Assembly (NCBI GenBank): GCA_965237835.1 | Contig: OZ250160.1 | Span: 2,675,397-2,739,396, forward strand | Length of the DNA: 64,000 nt | Direction: 5' to 3' | Source of the DNA: Candidatus Poribacteria bacterium | GTDB lineage: Bacteria > Poribacteria > WGA-4E > WGA-3G | Shown: one piece after another, positions 28,517 through 39,500 of the stretch | How the letters are laid out: each line of letters opens with the position of its first letter | Numbering within the stretch: the stretch's first letter is position 1 | The notes under the pieces: generated by a model | Seen by the model: the letters and a program-made list of their open reading frames with translations, nothing else | Told to the model about the DNA's origin: nothing | The model's database searches: none | Translations under genes and position numbers: made by a program

Positions 28517-31500
28517 TTGCAAACCATGGACTCATTAAAAGATATTATTGAACTTTGTCACCAACGACGTGAAAAACCGTTACAACAACGGAGAACAGTA
28601 GTATCGCACGCGATGTACAACAAATATTCTCCGCATCAATACACAGTCTACTGTGCACATAAGTGTCCAATACTCCTCTCTGACTTTGAACAGGCGGATA
28701 TATCCTTCATGCCAATAGGACATGCACCTAACCATGACTGCGGACCGTGGGATTTTGGTGGCGAACGCTTTTTGAAACGGCAACGTATGATAGACTGGCA
28801 AATGGTTCAATGGGACACGTCTTGGGGAGTACAGATATATACTGGCATTCCTTCCGAACACAACGGTGCCAGATGGAACGACCTCAATTTTACGTATGAA
28901 GTTATTTGTTCCGAGCAGGAAGCAGTTTATGCGTGTATTGAAGGCCTGATCAACGCTGCTGTAAATCCACTATTGACGATCACAGAGTCCGGGGGATTAC
29001 GTTTTTCTTGCAGAATACCGAACTACCTCCATCCAAATACGGATGAGTCAAGGTATTTTATCCATAAGCATACACCGACAGCGGAGAATCCGCATGAACG
29101 ACAGGTATACCTTGAAATTATTGGAGAAAAAGGGTTCAGTTGTTGGGATGCGCGCTATGATATTATCCTTGGAAATTTATTAGATCCACCCGTTATTTCC
29201 GACAATGCGATTTTTGCACATGTTGATACCCTTCGTGATGAACTCCACTCACCTGCATCAACGCAAGAAGAGTTGCTTAATCCTGTTCTACAAACTGTAA
29301 CTGTTACATCAGTCTCTCTGGGTTCTTCCAATCTTGATCTTGCAAAAGCCGCACTGCTGAAACGCGGATTTTCTTATGTGCGACAAGATAATGGGAGACA
29401 CTGTTGGTGCCGTACAAGTGAAGATGCAGACGACGTACATGTATCGCTATGGGAGGATGAAGGTACTGTATGGTTACGTTCCTCTACTCCTAAGGCAGGA
29501 CTTCCTACAGAAGCAACCCACATCACAGAAATTTGGGTTGACACCGGCATTGTTCCTCCGGTAACAGAAAAATTAAAGGCTGTGCGGGAAGGGAAACTCA
29601 GTCCATTAGCTATAAAACGACCAAAACCGGTTCTGCAGAGTTCCGAAAAAACAGAGATAGTTTATGAAACTCTCGAAGAAAATGCAAACAAGATACAGAG
29701 TATATTTGATCGGGATGCGCGTATCCTTGGAATCTTCGCAAATAAGGGAATACGAAGAAGTCATGAAATAGATACATTTCTTCCCAAAAATGGAGAGATC
29801 ATCTTAAATGTCAGTGGCATTGGAAGTGCAAAAGATTTTGAAAGATACTATCAAAGACACGACGTATCTTCGCATCAAATCTGGAAACCTCGAATATATC
29901 AATGGGAACAAGTGCAAGATATACCTATTGAGGTGCGGATGGCAAATCCATTTCAACACGGAAATATGTGTGAGGATGCAGAACGGTGCACCGCTCTTCA
30001 AAAAAAAGGCGGGGAACCACTCAAAAGTATCTGTCCTCAATGCCAAGTCTATACGGAATGCAATGAGAGAGGATATTTAGCACAACATAAGAATTTTCAA
30101 CATACAAAGATAAAAATAATACCAAGCCAAGAACCGTGTTATAACCCAGCTTACGTAGAATTTATGGACAGTATACTTGAACAACCAAAACCAACCGATA
30201 ATGAGAAATCAGGTGAAAGATCGGTAAATAGAATCTGTATCGTTGATGAAGTAAGAACATTCGGACTATTTCCTAAGATTGAAATTTCAATAAACATGTT
30301 AGAGGAGTGGAATGTGTTTTGGCAAGGTAGTGTCTTAGGAAACTTTGCCAAAGCATTGTTAAATGTCTTACAGCTCTGGAATGAAAAGGTTGGTATTGCT
30401 ACCAAACGGGTTCGCGCAACAGTCTACGCGTTTAGAAGGCATGAAGAAGAACTTATTACGCAGATGTGCAGCCTCAATATTAATGCGAAGGTAGTGCCAC
30501 AAGTTGTCGTTGATGCGGAAACAGGAATTGAGTTAGCACATTTTACCGTTCTTTTTGACCGTGGAGTATCCGCGTATATTCCACTTGACAAGGACGCCGC
30601 AAAGATACTTATGGAAAAAAGTCTACCAGTTATTGAACTTAGCGATTTTGCGGTTAACGAAGATATGAAAATCCCAATGCGTATGGAACAAGCGATACAG
30701 TTAGGTATTTTAGATGTGGCAACCGTTGAGAATATTGATACTTTCCCAACAATTTGTTGGAATCCAAACTGGACGACTTGGCACCAACTCAAGTGTTTTT
30801 TTGACTACTACATCCGGGATGAAGACGCACCGATGAAGTGGGATCATGAACTATTAGCATTCCATATACCACCTGTACTGCATCCGAGTGTCAGTCGTAT
30901 ATTATTCATTTCATCTACCCTCTCTGAGCAACACCTAAAGGTTGCGTTTCCAAAAGAGGAAATCGAAACCATTAACATCAAACCAACAGTGTGGTGTCAA
31001 GGGAATCAAATTTTTCAGCTTCGAACAGGCCTCTACGACACCCAAAATATATATGAATATGATACCAATAGAGAGCAAATACGACCAACAAAGATGGGAA
31101 GGCGATTTATCTACGGTATACGGTCAGAAATTGAGAGAGATGCAAACATTAAGCACGCGATTATAACTCATAAAAAACTTACAAACTGGATGGTAGATAT
31201 ATTAGATAAGAAAAACGTCTGTTTTATTAAATCTTTCAGGGCAATAGAAGCGTTAGATAAAGAGTTGGAAGAAACAGATGTCCTTTGGATAATTAGCACA
31301 CCAAACATCGGGCATAGCACAATGTGGCGGAAGGCTCAGATTTTGTTTGGAAATGACGCGGAACCCTTGTCTTACGAGATTGATACAGAGATATTATCCT
31401 ATAAAGATAAAAGGATTCAATGTGTTTACGAAGAAGAAATTTTTGGCATCCTTTCTTCAGCAATTGGAAGCGCGAAGTTGACACACTATACAAACAAAAA

Positions 31501-31936
31501 GATTGTGTTAGGAACGAGTTTTCCACTGCCTGGTGTGACCGAAAGACCTGAAACACTATTATTCGACTGGGAAGATTTGGAAGTTGCTGGAGGGTTAGAC
31601 AAACTCCCTGAAGCGATCGCAACACGTCAACGTTTTGAGGCAGAAAAGGCTACGATCACTGCTGAAACCAGTAGAACAGAGGTAGAACGTATCTTGGGAT
31701 GCTCTTCAAGACAGGCGAACCGAGTCTTGAGCAAACTTCGGGGTGGTAACATTCCCCGAGTTCTCTTCCGTGAGCAGATAATTTCTATTCTCGCTGATGG
31801 TGCGAAAAAAACGTCAGAAATTGCGGAAGCGATTGAAGGACATCCCAAAGCAGTAAATTCTGAACTTACACGACTTGTTGTAGCAGGTGATATTGTCAAA
31901 GTCCGGCGAGGAATGTATGCACTTCCAACATCTTAA
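28517..31936 (+). CDS. Large orphan protein (1139 aa) with Cys/His-rich N-terminal region, central Cys-cluster (CEDAERC...CPQCQVYTEC) and C-terminal tandem winged-helix DNA-binding-like domains. Function unknown.
   Basis: No P-loop. An SGGLRF segment is faintly reminiscent of a primase-polymerase motif but is not convincing. The C-terminus TSRTEVERILGCSSRQANRVLSKL...TSEIAEAIEGHPKAVNSELTRLVVAGDIVKVRRGMYAL looks like two wHTH modules. Confidence 0.6.
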   Translation: MQTMDSLKDIIELCHQRREKPLQQRRTVVSHAMYNKYSPHQYTVYCAHKCPILLSDFEQADISFMPIGHAPNHDCGPWDFGGERFLKRQRMIDWQMVQWDTSWGVQIYTGIPSEHNGARWNDLNFTYEVICSEQEAVYACIEGLINAAVNPLLTITESGGLRFSCRIPNYLHPNTDESRYFIHKHTPTAENPHERQVYLEIIGEKGFSCWDARYDIILGNLLDPPVISDNAIFAHVDTLRDELHSPASTQEELLNPVLQTVTVTSVSLGSSNLDLAKAALLKRGFSYVRQDNGRHCWCRTSEDADDVHVSLWEDEGTVWLRSSTPKAGLPTEATHITEIWVDTGIVPPVTEKLKAVREGKLSPLAIKRPKPVLQSSEKTEIVYETLEENANKIQSIFDRDARILGIFANKGIRRSHEIDTFLPKNGEIILNVSGIGSAKDFERYYQRHDVSSHQIWKPRIYQWEQVQDIPIEVRMANPFQHGNMCEDAERCTALQKKGGEPLKSICPQCQVYTECNERGYLAQHKNFQHTKIKIIPSQEPCYNPAYVEFMDSILEQPKPTDNEKSGERSVNRICIVDEVRTFGLFPKIEISINMLEEWNVFWQGSVLGNFAKALLNVLQLWNEKVGIATKRVRATVYAFRRHEEELITQMCSLNINAKVVPQVVVDAETGIELAHFTVLFDRGVSAYIPLDKDAAKILMEKSLPVIELSDFAVNEDMKIPMRMEQAIQLGILDVATVENIDTFPTICWNPNWTTWHQLKCFFDYYIRDEDAPMKWDHELLAFHIPPVLHPSVSRILFISSTLSEQHLKVAFPKEEIETINIKPTVWCQGNQIFQLRTGLYDTQNIYEYDTNREQIRPTKMGRRFIYGIRSEIERDANIKHAIITHKKLTNWMVDILDKKNVCFIKSFRAIEALDKELEETDVLWIISTPNIGHSTMWRKAQILFGNDAEPLSYEIDTEILSYKDKRIQCVYEEEIFGILSSAIGSAKLTHYTNKKIVLGTSFPLPGVTERPETLLFDWEDLEVAGGLDKLPEAIATRQRFEAEKATITAETSRTEVERILGCSSRQANRVLSKLRGGNIPRVLFREQIISILADGAKKTSEIAEAIEGHPKAVNSELTRLVVAGDIVKVRRGMYALPTS

Positions 31937-31939
31937 AAT

Positions 31940-33874
31940 CTATGCATTTCTAAAATCAATCACAGTTTGCCGATATTCCTCTGGGAGTCCGATGTCAAAT
32001 CGCCTACCCTTCACAACATAACCAGAAAACCCATCTGACTTTCGCAATTCATCTAAACATGATGTGAGTTGAAATTCCCCGCGTTCACGGAAGTTATGTT
32101 CTATATTCTGTTCAAGAAACTCGAAAATCTGCGGTTCTATCACATAGATTCCGAATACTGTGAGGAAACTATCATCCTCCATTCCATCAACATGTAGATG
32201 TTGCCTCGCGTATTCAGGATCCGGTTTTTCGTAAAACTCTGTCACTGAGAGCATTGATGCTTCCTCTTTCCATACGCCCGTAACACATCCAAAGTTCGAC
32301 AGTTCTTCAATTGGTGTTTCCTTTAATCCGAGTACACTGTGCCCCACCCGTTCGTAAGCCTCCAAGACTTGTTTAGCACATGAGTGCGGTTCATCAGAAC
32401 CGTAGAGATGATCGCCTAACATCAACAGAAAAGGTTCATTTCCAACCCATTCACGAGCGCAGTAAACAGCATGACCAAACCCTTCCTGAACGTCCTGAGT
32501 GACGAAAGAAATCCGACTACCTAATTCAATTAAATAGTCACAGTAAGCCTTATTTTCTTTACTAAGTTTATTATAGTGTTCAATACGTGGCGGCATTTTA
32601 AAGAAGGATTCAAAGATGTCAATATCTCTGCTCTGGACAATTAAACAAACTTCCTCAATGCCCGCATTGACAGCTTCCTCAACGATTGCCATGATCGCAG
32701 GTTTGGCACGTCCAGTACGGTCAATAATGGGAAAAAGCTCCTTCTTCATCGCTTTTGAAGCTGGGAAAAGTCGAGTGCCAAACCCGGCGGCAGGGATGAC
32801 TGCCTTTCGGACATGCCTACTTTCCTCAATAACAAGTTTCAGGCAGGACATCTGTAGATCTCTTTCAATGATTCCAATCACTTGTCGTTGACTCTCTTCA
32901 TCTTTTACAATCAATTGTGCTGATCCATCGCCTTGTGAGCCGACCCCTTTACCACCCCAGATATATGGTTGAATTGGTTCATAATTCAGGACTCTGTGAA
33001 GGATAGGTGCTGTCAATTGAGATGGACATGCCGGGATTAGATGTTTATCAAACTCATGTTGGGCGCGTGTCATCAACTTTCCGACTGCTTCGGCATCCCC
33101 TCGTCTTAGTGCTTGGTGAGCAGATTGTGTGATCTCAGCACTCAATGGACCTAAATAGTGTTGAACATCTCTCTGGAGATCGTTTTCGGCAAACGCATAG
33201 CAGTGATTTAATTGACTTAATATCAGACGTGTATCTTTACCTGCCCCTAAGTCTACAATGACCATGTATAGGTTCGTTGGCACACTAAATTCTCGAACAT
33301 CAATATTATCACCATCGAAGTTCATGAGGATAGGATGTTGATATGCACATCCTTGATCCATTCTACCACAACGAGAAGGAGTCTTAATCTCTCCTTGATA
33401 GGCGCATTCCATTTCTCCGCGTGTCGTCATTTTGAGGTCGTATATTCTGTTAAATGCCCGTGCAACCAACACGCAGATTGCAGCACTTGAAGAGAGACCT
33501 TTTTTTACAGGTAAGTCTGTTAGATAGTTATCAATCTCTAACCCTTGGACGCGGTAATTTGTAAGTATCTGATATGCAACCCCCGCAGCATAACTGAAAA
33601 AACTCCCTTTTTCTGCTTCAGCAAGTAATGCTGCTGGTTCCATCGGTAATGTATAGGGACCGTAACGTGTGCCATCACTGAGGCTTGTTTTCAAAATGAA
33701 GTTTGTCGGGTGTGGCTGTACATCGGCGTAGACTCCTTGATTCGTACTTGTGATTAAAGTATAACCCTTTTCAAGTTCTGCATTCGTTCGCCGATGACCG
33801 CCTGCCCAATCGGTGTGTTCACCAAAAAGGCAGATACGTCCTGGCACAAAAAGTTTCATATTTCCTCCTTTCAA
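31940..33874 (-). CDS. Bifunctional sugar-1-kinase (GHMP/GalK-like) / UDP-sugar pyrophosphorylase (GalU-like nucleotidyltransferase) fusion
   Basis: The N-terminal half has PGRICLFGEHTDW (GalK motif GRVNLIGEHTDY) and KGLSSSAA (GHMP ATP-binding motif). The C-terminal half has KAVIPAAGFGTRLFPASKAMKKELFPI (GalU/UGPase signature) and LGDHLY. The true start may be the internal MKLFVPG. Confidence 0.7.
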   Translation of the reverse strand: MKGGNMKLFVPGRICLFGEHTDWAGGHRRTNAELEKGYTLITSTNQGVYADVQPHPTNFILKTSLSDGTRYGPYTLPMEPAALLAEAEKGSFFSYAAGVAYQILTNYRVQGLEIDNYLTDLPVKKGLSSSAAICVLVARAFNRIYDLKMTTRGEMECAYQGEIKTPSRCGRMDQGCAYQHPILMNFDGDNIDVREFSVPTNLYMVIVDLGAGKDTRLILSQLNHCYAFAENDLQRDVQHYLGPLSAEITQSAHQALRRGDAEAVGKLMTRAQHEFDKHLIPACPSQLTAPILHRVLNYEPIQPYIWGGKGVGSQGDGSAQLIVKDEESQRQVIGIIERDLQMSCLKLVIEESRHVRKAVIPAAGFGTRLFPASKAMKKELFPIIDRTGRAKPAIMAIVEEAVNAGIEEVCLIVQSRDIDIFESFFKMPPRIEHYNKLSKENKAYCDYLIELGSRISFVTQDVQEGFGHAVYCAREWVGNEPFLLMLGDHLYGSDEPHSCAKQVLEAYERVGHSVLGLKETPIEELSNFGCVTGVWKEEASMLSVTEFYEKPDPEYARQHLHVDGMEDDSFLTVFGIYVIEPQIFEFLEQNIEHNFRERGEFQLTSCLDELRKSDGFSGYVVKGRRFDIGLPEEYRQTVIDFRNA

Positions 33875-33940
33875 TTCCTACCGATCGGTAGAGACAGTTT
33901 TTTTCTCCATTGTTCCCATATAGGTATATCAGGATGTGTC

Positions 33941-36268
33941 CTACATCTTTCGGGCATGCTGACACCGTTGAATCCAATCTTGTGCGGAAAGATTAGTTCC
34001 CAAAGATAGTGTGTGATCCATCGCAATTGCAGAAAATATCTTTTCAGCAATATTGTAATCTTTCATACGAAATGCGTTGATACCCAATAGCCTCCGCGAT
34101 TCCAATACAATTTGAGGTGGTGTTGTTTCCCTTTTCTTTCTTCCGCTAAGGTCTATGGCATGGTGAAGATATTGTGTGCTTAGTTCCCATGCCTTTTCTT
34201 TATGAAGTAACTCGCCAGCCAAAAAATAGGCTAACCAACCATCAGGTTCAGCAGCAATAACTTGTTGTAGTAAAGTCATTTTTGTTGCACTTCCTACGCG
34301 TTCTTCATGAGTGTTCGAAATAAGAATACGCCGCAGACGATTTTTTGAATCAGATGTATAAGTTTCCGATAGAGCGGCTTTACGTTTGATAAGATTCTGT
34401 TCGACTGTTTCGCGAGGTGCAAGCAAAGCAGCTTCTATATAAGCAGAAAGTGCCTCTTCAGGTTTTTCCTGCAGCCAATAAATATCTCCTAATAGTTGTG
34501 CTGCTTCAGCTCTGTATAGTGCTTTTTCATCAGAAATAATTCGCTTGGCTATGGTTATGGTATGTTCATAATCTCCATTGTGAAATGTGCTATACATCAA
34601 TCCTCGCAGTGTAGAAGAATTATCTGGTTCATCGGAAAGCATCTTTTGGAAGGTTTGAACTGCGGAAACAAAATCCTTTCTGTAAAATGCCTGCCAAGAT
34701 TTGTCTTGCAGTGCTGCCATCTCATGTGCGCACACCTGTTCAAAGATTCCACCGCGTTTTAAACGACGTTCGGCATAGGCTATTTCTGTGTCTTTCAAAG
34801 TCACTTCATTTAATAAGAATTTGAGCCATCCTCCTTCCAAAACGCTCAAATCTTTCATGTAACCTTTAGATAAATTCCCTGTTGGAAAAGCATGTTTCAA
34901 TTTATCTAACCCATAAGTGTCCACAAGGAAACGGATAAATGATCCTGCAAGCAGATAACTTCTTGAACTGGCTTGTGCCCAAAAACCTAATCCCATGACA
35001 CTGGATAGTGGCGGTGCGACATTAAAATGATGCATTGCTTTAGCCCATTGATGGACTGTAAGCCTTCCCTCATCCCAATCTGCTGCAACTGCGATGCCTT
35101 CGTGGACACCTACGTTCAGACTAACTTTCCAAGGTGACCAATCGGCAGTCAACACATGTGCAAGTTCATGTTTTAGAACAGGATGTGGGAAACCTTGTGA
35201 ATTTAGGTGAAAGCCATAACCAAATGGGTCTTCAACATAAGTATTTCCTGCTCCAATTAGCCGTTTTTTCTGTTCAGGTGATGCATACAAATAAGCACGG
35301 ACTTTCCGCGAATTTTGTGTCTGTAAATACTCAGACAACTGCTTATAACGAAACTCACAATCGTCTGCAAAAAGATCAATATCTTCCTCAAGTTCTCTGG
35401 CATAGAATATCTCAAAATGAGGTGTTTCTCTATAACCACCTAACGTTTCAGCGATGTATTTGCGTGATGGTCGAATCCCTAATTTTCCCGAATTAAATTC
35501 TAAACCGATTAATGCCCCAACTAATATACATACAGTTGCGATTTTCCAAACGGAATTCTTAGAAGAAAACCGTATGAGGTTTCGCCATTGAAGTTTTGGG
35601 ACAAAATCTGTTTCTCTGTTAATTTCACACGTGTAGATTAAAATTGTTAAGAATAATATCGCCCATAAAAGTGTTTCTCCGCGTGCTATGAGCAAGGTGG
35701 TTGTGACTGAAATAACGAAATCGTAAATCGGTCCGGGAAAATATCCGAGAATCGGATGAAAAGCAAATACAGGCGGATGAAAAATCAAATTAGTTATGGC
35801 AGGAACACATGATAGAATCAGAAAAGCAAGGTATGCTAAATATGCAAGCCACCGTTTTGCTATCCATACATTAAAGAATATTCCTGCAGCCGAAACGGTA
35901 ACACAACTAATTGCTGGCAATATGAGAAAAAAAAGAAAGCCTTCAATGAAATTGCAGTTTTTAATGCGTAACGCATTTAGCAAAATTATGGTCAGGGATA
36001 GTATTAGTAATGAAGCATTAGATCTTAGTGCCCGGAGGAAACACCTCCAAATTACATGATGCGACAGTCCAGTGAGAGCATCTGGTTGCCGTTTCATTAT
36101 CTGAAATTCGGTCATTGCAACATGGGCACCAGCAATAGCGATCAAGAGAGTTAAACTTGCACAAAACTCAAATGCAAGGATATTAAACAGTGGTACCGTG
36201 GCAAGTACCAATGCCAATACGCCAAAACCTACGAACCACAGCCAATATGAGAAGGTTTTAAATATCAT
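33941..36268 (-). CDS. Polytopic membrane protein with HExxH (HELAHV) motif and C-terminal TPR repeats
   Basis: About 8 predicted transmembrane helices in the N-terminal 270 aa. The HELAHVLTADW motif suggests a zinc metallopeptidase. The C-terminal 350 aa contain TPR-like repeats (e.g. AEAAQLLGDIYWLQEKPEEALSAYIEAAL). Confidence 0.5.
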   Translation of the reverse strand: MIFKTFSYWLWFVGFGVLALVLATVPLFNILAFEFCASLTLLIAIAGAHVAMTEFQIMKRQPDALTGLSHHVIWRCFLRALRSNASLLILSLTIILLNALRIKNCNFIEGFLFFLILPAISCVTVSAAGIFFNVWIAKRWLAYLAYLAFLILSCVPAITNLIFHPPVFAFHPILGYFPGPIYDFVISVTTTLLIARGETLLWAILFLTILIYTCEINRETDFVPKLQWRNLIRFSSKNSVWKIATVCILVGALIGLEFNSGKLGIRPSRKYIAETLGGYRETPHFEIFYARELEEDIDLFADDCEFRYKQLSEYLQTQNSRKVRAYLYASPEQKKRLIGAGNTYVEDPFGYGFHLNSQGFPHPVLKHELAHVLTADWSPWKVSLNVGVHEGIAVAADWDEGRLTVHQWAKAMHHFNVAPPLSSVMGLGFWAQASSRSYLLAGSFIRFLVDTYGLDKLKHAFPTGNLSKGYMKDLSVLEGGWLKFLLNEVTLKDTEIAYAERRLKRGGIFEQVCAHEMAALQDKSWQAFYRKDFVSAVQTFQKMLSDEPDNSSTLRGLMYSTFHNGDYEHTITIAKRIISDEKALYRAEAAQLLGDIYWLQEKPEEALSAYIEAALLAPRETVEQNLIKRKAALSETYTSDSKNRLRRILISNTHEERVGSATKMTLLQQVIAAEPDGWLAYFLAGELLHKEKAWELSTQYLHHAIDLSGRKKRETTPPQIVLESRRLLGINAFRMKDYNIAEKIFSAIAMDHTLSLGTNLSAQDWIQRCQHARKM

Positions 36269-36467
36269 AAGAATTGAACGGTGTTACGGTCGCTTCGGCT
36301 GCGGACAGTATCAGTTCTCCAGTTTTAACAGATTGTAACGACTTAAGGATATATACATATCGGTAATCCACCCTTTCTATTTTAAACAACAATTGGGTGA
36401 ATGTCAATTGAATTTTAGATTTGATTGCAAATCGCACAGTTCATATTCCAATATAAAGTTAACAAGA

Positions 36468-36503
36468 AAAACATGGGGTGAACGCGCTTTCACCGCCATG
36501 TTT
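36468..36503 (-). terminator. Rho-independent terminator downstream of metH
   Basis: On the minus strand, CATGGCGGTGAAAGCGCGTTCACCCCATG forms a stem-loop followed by TTTTTCTTG. Confidence 0.55.
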
Positions 36504-36528
36504 CTTATAAGTTTTTATCGAGTCAATG

Positions 36529-39500
36529 CTATGAAAGCAAAGGTCTCAGCCAACGTTTTGCTGTATCCAGATCCATGCCAGTGTGTTCCGAATAATCTGC
36601 AACCTGATCCTCACCGATTCTGGCAATGCTAAAATACTTTGCCTCTGGATGCGAATAATACCAACCACTCACAGAAGCTGCAGGGAACATAGCGAGACTC
36701 TCAGTAAGGGAAATGCTTGTGTTTTCTGTAGCCTTTAACAGATCAAATAACACGCGTTTTTGATTATGGTCAGGGCAAGCGGGATAGCCAGGGGCAGGTC
36801 GAATTCCACGGTATTTTTCTGTAATCAAAGCATTATTATCCAATCCCTCATCAGCTGCGTACCCCCAAAGTGTGATTCGGATGTACTGATGCATGTGTTC
36901 AGCAAAAGCTTCGGCTAAGCGGTCTGCCAATGCCTTCGTCATAATACTATTGTAATCGTCGTGCTCCTGCTCAAACTCTGCACAGAGTTCGGGGACACCG
37001 ATTCCTGTTGTAATAGCAAACGCTCCGATATAGTCCGGGAGGGATGTGGTCTTCGGTGCGATGAAATCCCCGAGACTAAGGTTCGGCCTGGTGAAAGGTT
37101 GTTCTGTCTGTTGCCGGAGATGATGCAACATGCCAATCACCTTTGTCCTTTCTTCGTCAGCATATATCTCCGTTCCCTCACCGAGACCGTTTGCTGGGAA
37201 GATTCCAACGACAGCACGCGCACATAACTTTTTCTCTTTGACGATTTTTTGCAGGAGAGATTTACCATCCGCAAAGAGTTTCTGAGCCTCCGTTCCCATT
37301 TCAGGATGCTCCAATATTTGCGGATATTTTCCTTTGAACTCCCACGTTGTAAAGAAAGGAGTCCAATCAATATAGTCAACAAGTTTTGACAGAGGATAAT
37401 CGTCAAAGACCTTAATGCCTATCATGTTTGGTTTGGGAGGCAGGTATTTTTTCCAGTTAGGAATGAATTTTCGCTGTTGTGCTGCAGTAAACGGTAGTAA
37501 ATTTACCTGTATCTTATTTTTTGCGCGACGTTCTCGGATATCAGCGTATTCTTCGCGTGTTTGCTCAATAAACCCTTGTTTGTTTTCTGTACTCATCAAT
37601 TTGCTGACGACACCAACACTACGCGAAGCATCTTTTACATGAATCGTAGGACCACTATAGGCGGGTTCAACCTGAACGGCGGTATGTACTTTTGATGTAG
37701 TCGCACCACCAATGAGAAGTGGGACATGAAAATTCTCACGTTCCATCTCCTCAGCGACGTGCACCATTTCGTCTAATGATGGGGTGATAAGTCCACTCAA
37801 TCCAATCATATCAGCATTCTCTTTACGTGCAGTTTCCAAGATATTTTCTGCTGCCACCATTACGCCAAGGTCGATAATATCGTAATTGTTGCATCCCAGT
37901 ACAACCCCGACAATATTTTTTCCAATGTCATGAACGTCCCCTTTTACCGTAGCCATCACAATCTTTCCTCTGGATTGAATGGCACCTTCAGCCTGCTCTT
38001 CTTCAATATAGGGGATCAGGTGTGCAACAGCCTTTTTCATGACCCGCGCACTTTTTACGACTTGGGGTAGGAACATTTTTCCATCGCCGAATAACTCACC
38101 AACCCTATTCATTCCATCCATCAAGGGACCCTCAATCACATGAATAGGACGTTCATGCTTTAGACGCGCTTCTTCAGTATCTGCTTCAATGTATTTGGCA
38201 ATGCCTTCAACAAGTGCGTGACTGAGTCGTTTTTCAACGGGTAATTTCCGCCATTTCTTGTTGACGCGCCTCTTCTTGCCTTTACTTTGCAGTGTGTCTG
38301 CAATGTTAACAAGCCGATCCGTTGCGTCCTCACGTCGATTAAAGAGAACATCTTCTACTGCTTCCAACAAAGATTTTGGAAGATCGTCGTAAACAGCGAG
38401 TTGTCCAGCATTGACAATCCCCATGTCCATGCCTGCACTGATGGCGTGGTATAGAAATGCTGCATGCATCGCCTCACGCACCGTGTCATTACCACGGAAG
38501 GCAAAAGAGATATTGCTAACACCGCCACTGACCAACGCGTGTTGACAAGAAGTTTTGATCCCTCTGCACGCCTCAATAAACGCCTGAGCGTATGCGTTGT
38601 GTTCAGCAATACCTGTCGCTGCGGCAAAGATATTTGGATCAAAAATAATATCCTCTGCGGGAAAATTTACCGTTTCTGTCAATAGTTTATACGCCCGACG
38701 ACAAATCTCCACTTTTCGTCCATAGGTATCGGCTTGTCCCTCTTCGTCAAATGCCATTACGATGACTGCTGCACCGTATTTTCTAATAAGTCGTGCCTTT
38801 TCTAAAAAGTCTTCCTCACCCTCTTTTAAACTGATTGAGTTGACGACTCCTTTTCCCTGAACGCATTCTAAACCTGCCTCTAATACATCCCATTTGCTGG
38901 AATCAAGCATAATTGGCACACGACTAATGTCTGGTTCAGTTGCGATTAGATTTAAGAACTTGACAATTGCGGCTTTTGTGTCTAACATGCCAGCGTCCAT
39001 ATTGATGTCAATAAGTTGTGCACCGTTTTCCACCTGATCACGTGCTACCTCTAAGGCAGTCTCATAGTCCTCTTTTTCTATTAACGTAGCGAAACGTCGA
39101 GACCCTGTTACGTTTGTGCGTTCACCTACGTTAACAAAAAGAGAATCGGGGGTAATGTTGAAAGCTTCTAAACCACTTAACCGACAAGCGGGTTCTTGCG
39201 GTTCGGGTTGGCGAGGAGAGTGTTCCGCTGCAACTTTAGCAATAGTTTTAATATGTTCGGGTTGGCTCCCACAACAACCACCGACGATGTTAACAAATCC
39301 GTTATTTGCAAATTCATTAATCCATTCTCCCATTTCAGTGGGTGTTTGTGTATAATGTCCGAGTTCATTGGGGAGACCGGCATTAGGATAGCAGATGATA
39401 GGTATATGAGCGAGTTTCGCCATTTCCGCTAAATAGGGTCGGATCTGTTTTGCACCGAAACCGCAGTTCAACCCGACAGCAAGTAGGTTTGCATGTCGAA

